Below, one piece after another: positions 62,852-64,000 of a stretch of 64,000 nucleotides of DNA (positions are counted from its first letter, which is position 1; every line of letters begins with the position of its first letter). This DNA comes from a virus. The stretch spans positions 64,001-128,000 of IMG/VR virus record IMGVR_UViG_3300042988_001121, one strand, 5' to 3'. A program made the translations under genes and the position numbers. Below the pieces are notes generated by a model. The model did no database searches. It had not been told where the DNA came from and was given only the letters and a program-made list of their open reading frames with translations.

Positions 62852-64000
62852 TTATTTAGCGGAAGCTATGTTGATAGTTTTCTTGACTTTATCTGGATGC
62901 AGCCAGATTGTACCATCTTTATCAACCTTGTTAGCAAAATTACCTGCCTTCTCGTTAGTGACGCCTTTCAGCGCAAGACCAGAAACGACACCAATTTTCT
63001 TGGCACGATAATCTTTTGCCTTCTGAGCATGGAATTCTTTTTCTTCCTTTGAAGTCGCAGAAGCTGCTTTCTGATCGTGAATCTTTGCAGCGGCTTCATG
63101 ACGCTGATCCAAATTATCATCAGAATCACCATCAACGATTTCCCACTCGTGTTCCCCTTCTTTGGAGCCAACGACCTTAACACGCTTTGGGTGAGGTGTA
63201 TTTTTACCACGTTGGTAAACCATCGCAGCAATGCCACCATTCGACAGATGTTTAATCACATCATGCGAATTACTCTCTGCATGATTATCTCCTGTATGAG
63301 ACAACCCGACAGTGTAGTTTGATGGCAAATCTTTACTCATCGCTGTGCCAGTGTTCTTTGTGTAGTCATAGAATTTTGTGTTATGATGACGTTCAAAGAA
63401 TTTAGCTGGCATCAAACGATGGTATTGCAGATCAGAGGTAACGTTCAGTCGAACGCCTGAATCGATTTTCTTTTCGTGCAATTCGCCCTTAGCCAATTTA
63501 TCAGCAACATCTTTGTGAGAAAGTTTTCCGTTAGGATTTCCCTTTTCAATATCTTCCTTTGTTGGAGGTTTCTCTGATTTTATTTTACCTGTCTTCAGAT
63601 TTTTATGACCAACAATGTTTCCTTCAGAATCATGCAGAGTATGATGGCTGGAAGTCCATTTTTCGTTCTCAGTTACTTCATTGTCAAGAATTCGAGCCGC
63701 ATGCTCAGGATGTTCCATCACATAACGCTGACGCAGAACCTTTGACCGTAATGCAGTTTCTGGATATTGACGGTTGCCACCCGCAGTAAGTCCCAAGCAG
63801 TTCTCTTCACATTCTTTGGATGCCTTTGGACATACATTGGAGTGACCACTCAGAGGGTGTCCTTCAGCAAGCGTACCGAGAACGTGTGGAGCCAGACTCA
63901 GACCAATTGTGTTGCGACCTTCACCGGCGCTCGATGCAGTCTTTCCGTTTTGACCTGTCATCACCAGTTTGTTTTTATCTACGTGACCGCCTTCTTTTGC
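62852..64000 (-). CDS. GP88-like protein with Cys cluster, 5' end truncated by window edge
   Basis: Frame is open to the window edge; LSLAPH, CPKASKECEENCL, VRLNVTSD, FYDYTK. Confidence 0.75.
   Translation of the reverse strand, partial: AKEGGHVDKNKLVMTGQNGKTASSAGEGRNTIGLSLAPHVLGTLAEGHPLSGHSNVCPKASKECEENCLGLTAGGNRQYPETALRSKVLRQRYVMEHPEHAARILDNEVTENEKWTSSHHTLHDSEGNIVGHKNLKTGKIKSEKPPTKEDIEKGNPNGKLSHKDVADKLAKGELHEKKIDSGVRLNVTSDLQYHRLMPAKFFERHHNTKFYDYTKNTGTAMSKDLPSNYTVGLSHTGDNHAESNSHDVIKHLSNGGIAAMVYQRGKNTPHPKRVKVVGSKEGEHEWEIVDGDSDDNLDQRHEAAAKIHDQKAASATSKEEKEFHAQKAKDYRAKKIGVVSGLALKGVTNEKAGNFANKVDKDGTIWLHPDKVKKTINIASAK

Noticed and set aside
1029-63789. Many opposite-strand or nested ORFs in the six-frame track (e.g. 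1525-2172, 37945-38733, 58551-58964)
   Set aside because: They shadow well-supported genes and lack SD sites and motifs.
1-64000. Stop-codon reassignment
   Set aside because: Core genes are intact under code 11; TAA, TGA and TAG all act as stops (e.g. terL ends in TAG).

Overview
A 64-kb segment of a large, lytic T4-like myovirus genome (T4-superfamily core genes, rearranged order); the host is probably a proteobacterium (inference). 1-23.8 kb is on the + strand. It holds the replication module (DsbA, gp43 polymerase, UvsX, gp41 helicase), a block of large Thr/Gly-rich virion/tail proteins, putative head-packaged effectors (including an atypical kinase), a secreted nuclease, a HEAT-repeat protein, a free-standing HNH endonuclease and the large terminase. 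23.8-64 kb is almost all on the - strand and is an accessory early region punctuated by 18 copies of one promoter cassette. It carries DNA ligase, RNA ligase 2, a PAAR protein, the NAD+ salvage pair (NadV + NadM-Nudix), an ADP-ribosyltransferase and an ADP-ribosylglycohydrolase, nucleotidyltransferases, a TAXI/PspA-like membrane triad, three TnpB elements and a temperate-phage-like island with a C4-like RNA. Best leads: (1) the promoter cassette supplies the stop codon of the upstream gene in 12 of 18 copies; (2) all three TnpB elements have ends that can be mapped and whose removal restores the flanking genes, giving testable TAM/guide predictions; (3) a C4-like structured RNA in a lytic phage; (4) a repeated GGAGAAATGAAATG stop/SD/start joint. 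All functional calls come from motif recognition by eye; no database search was run.
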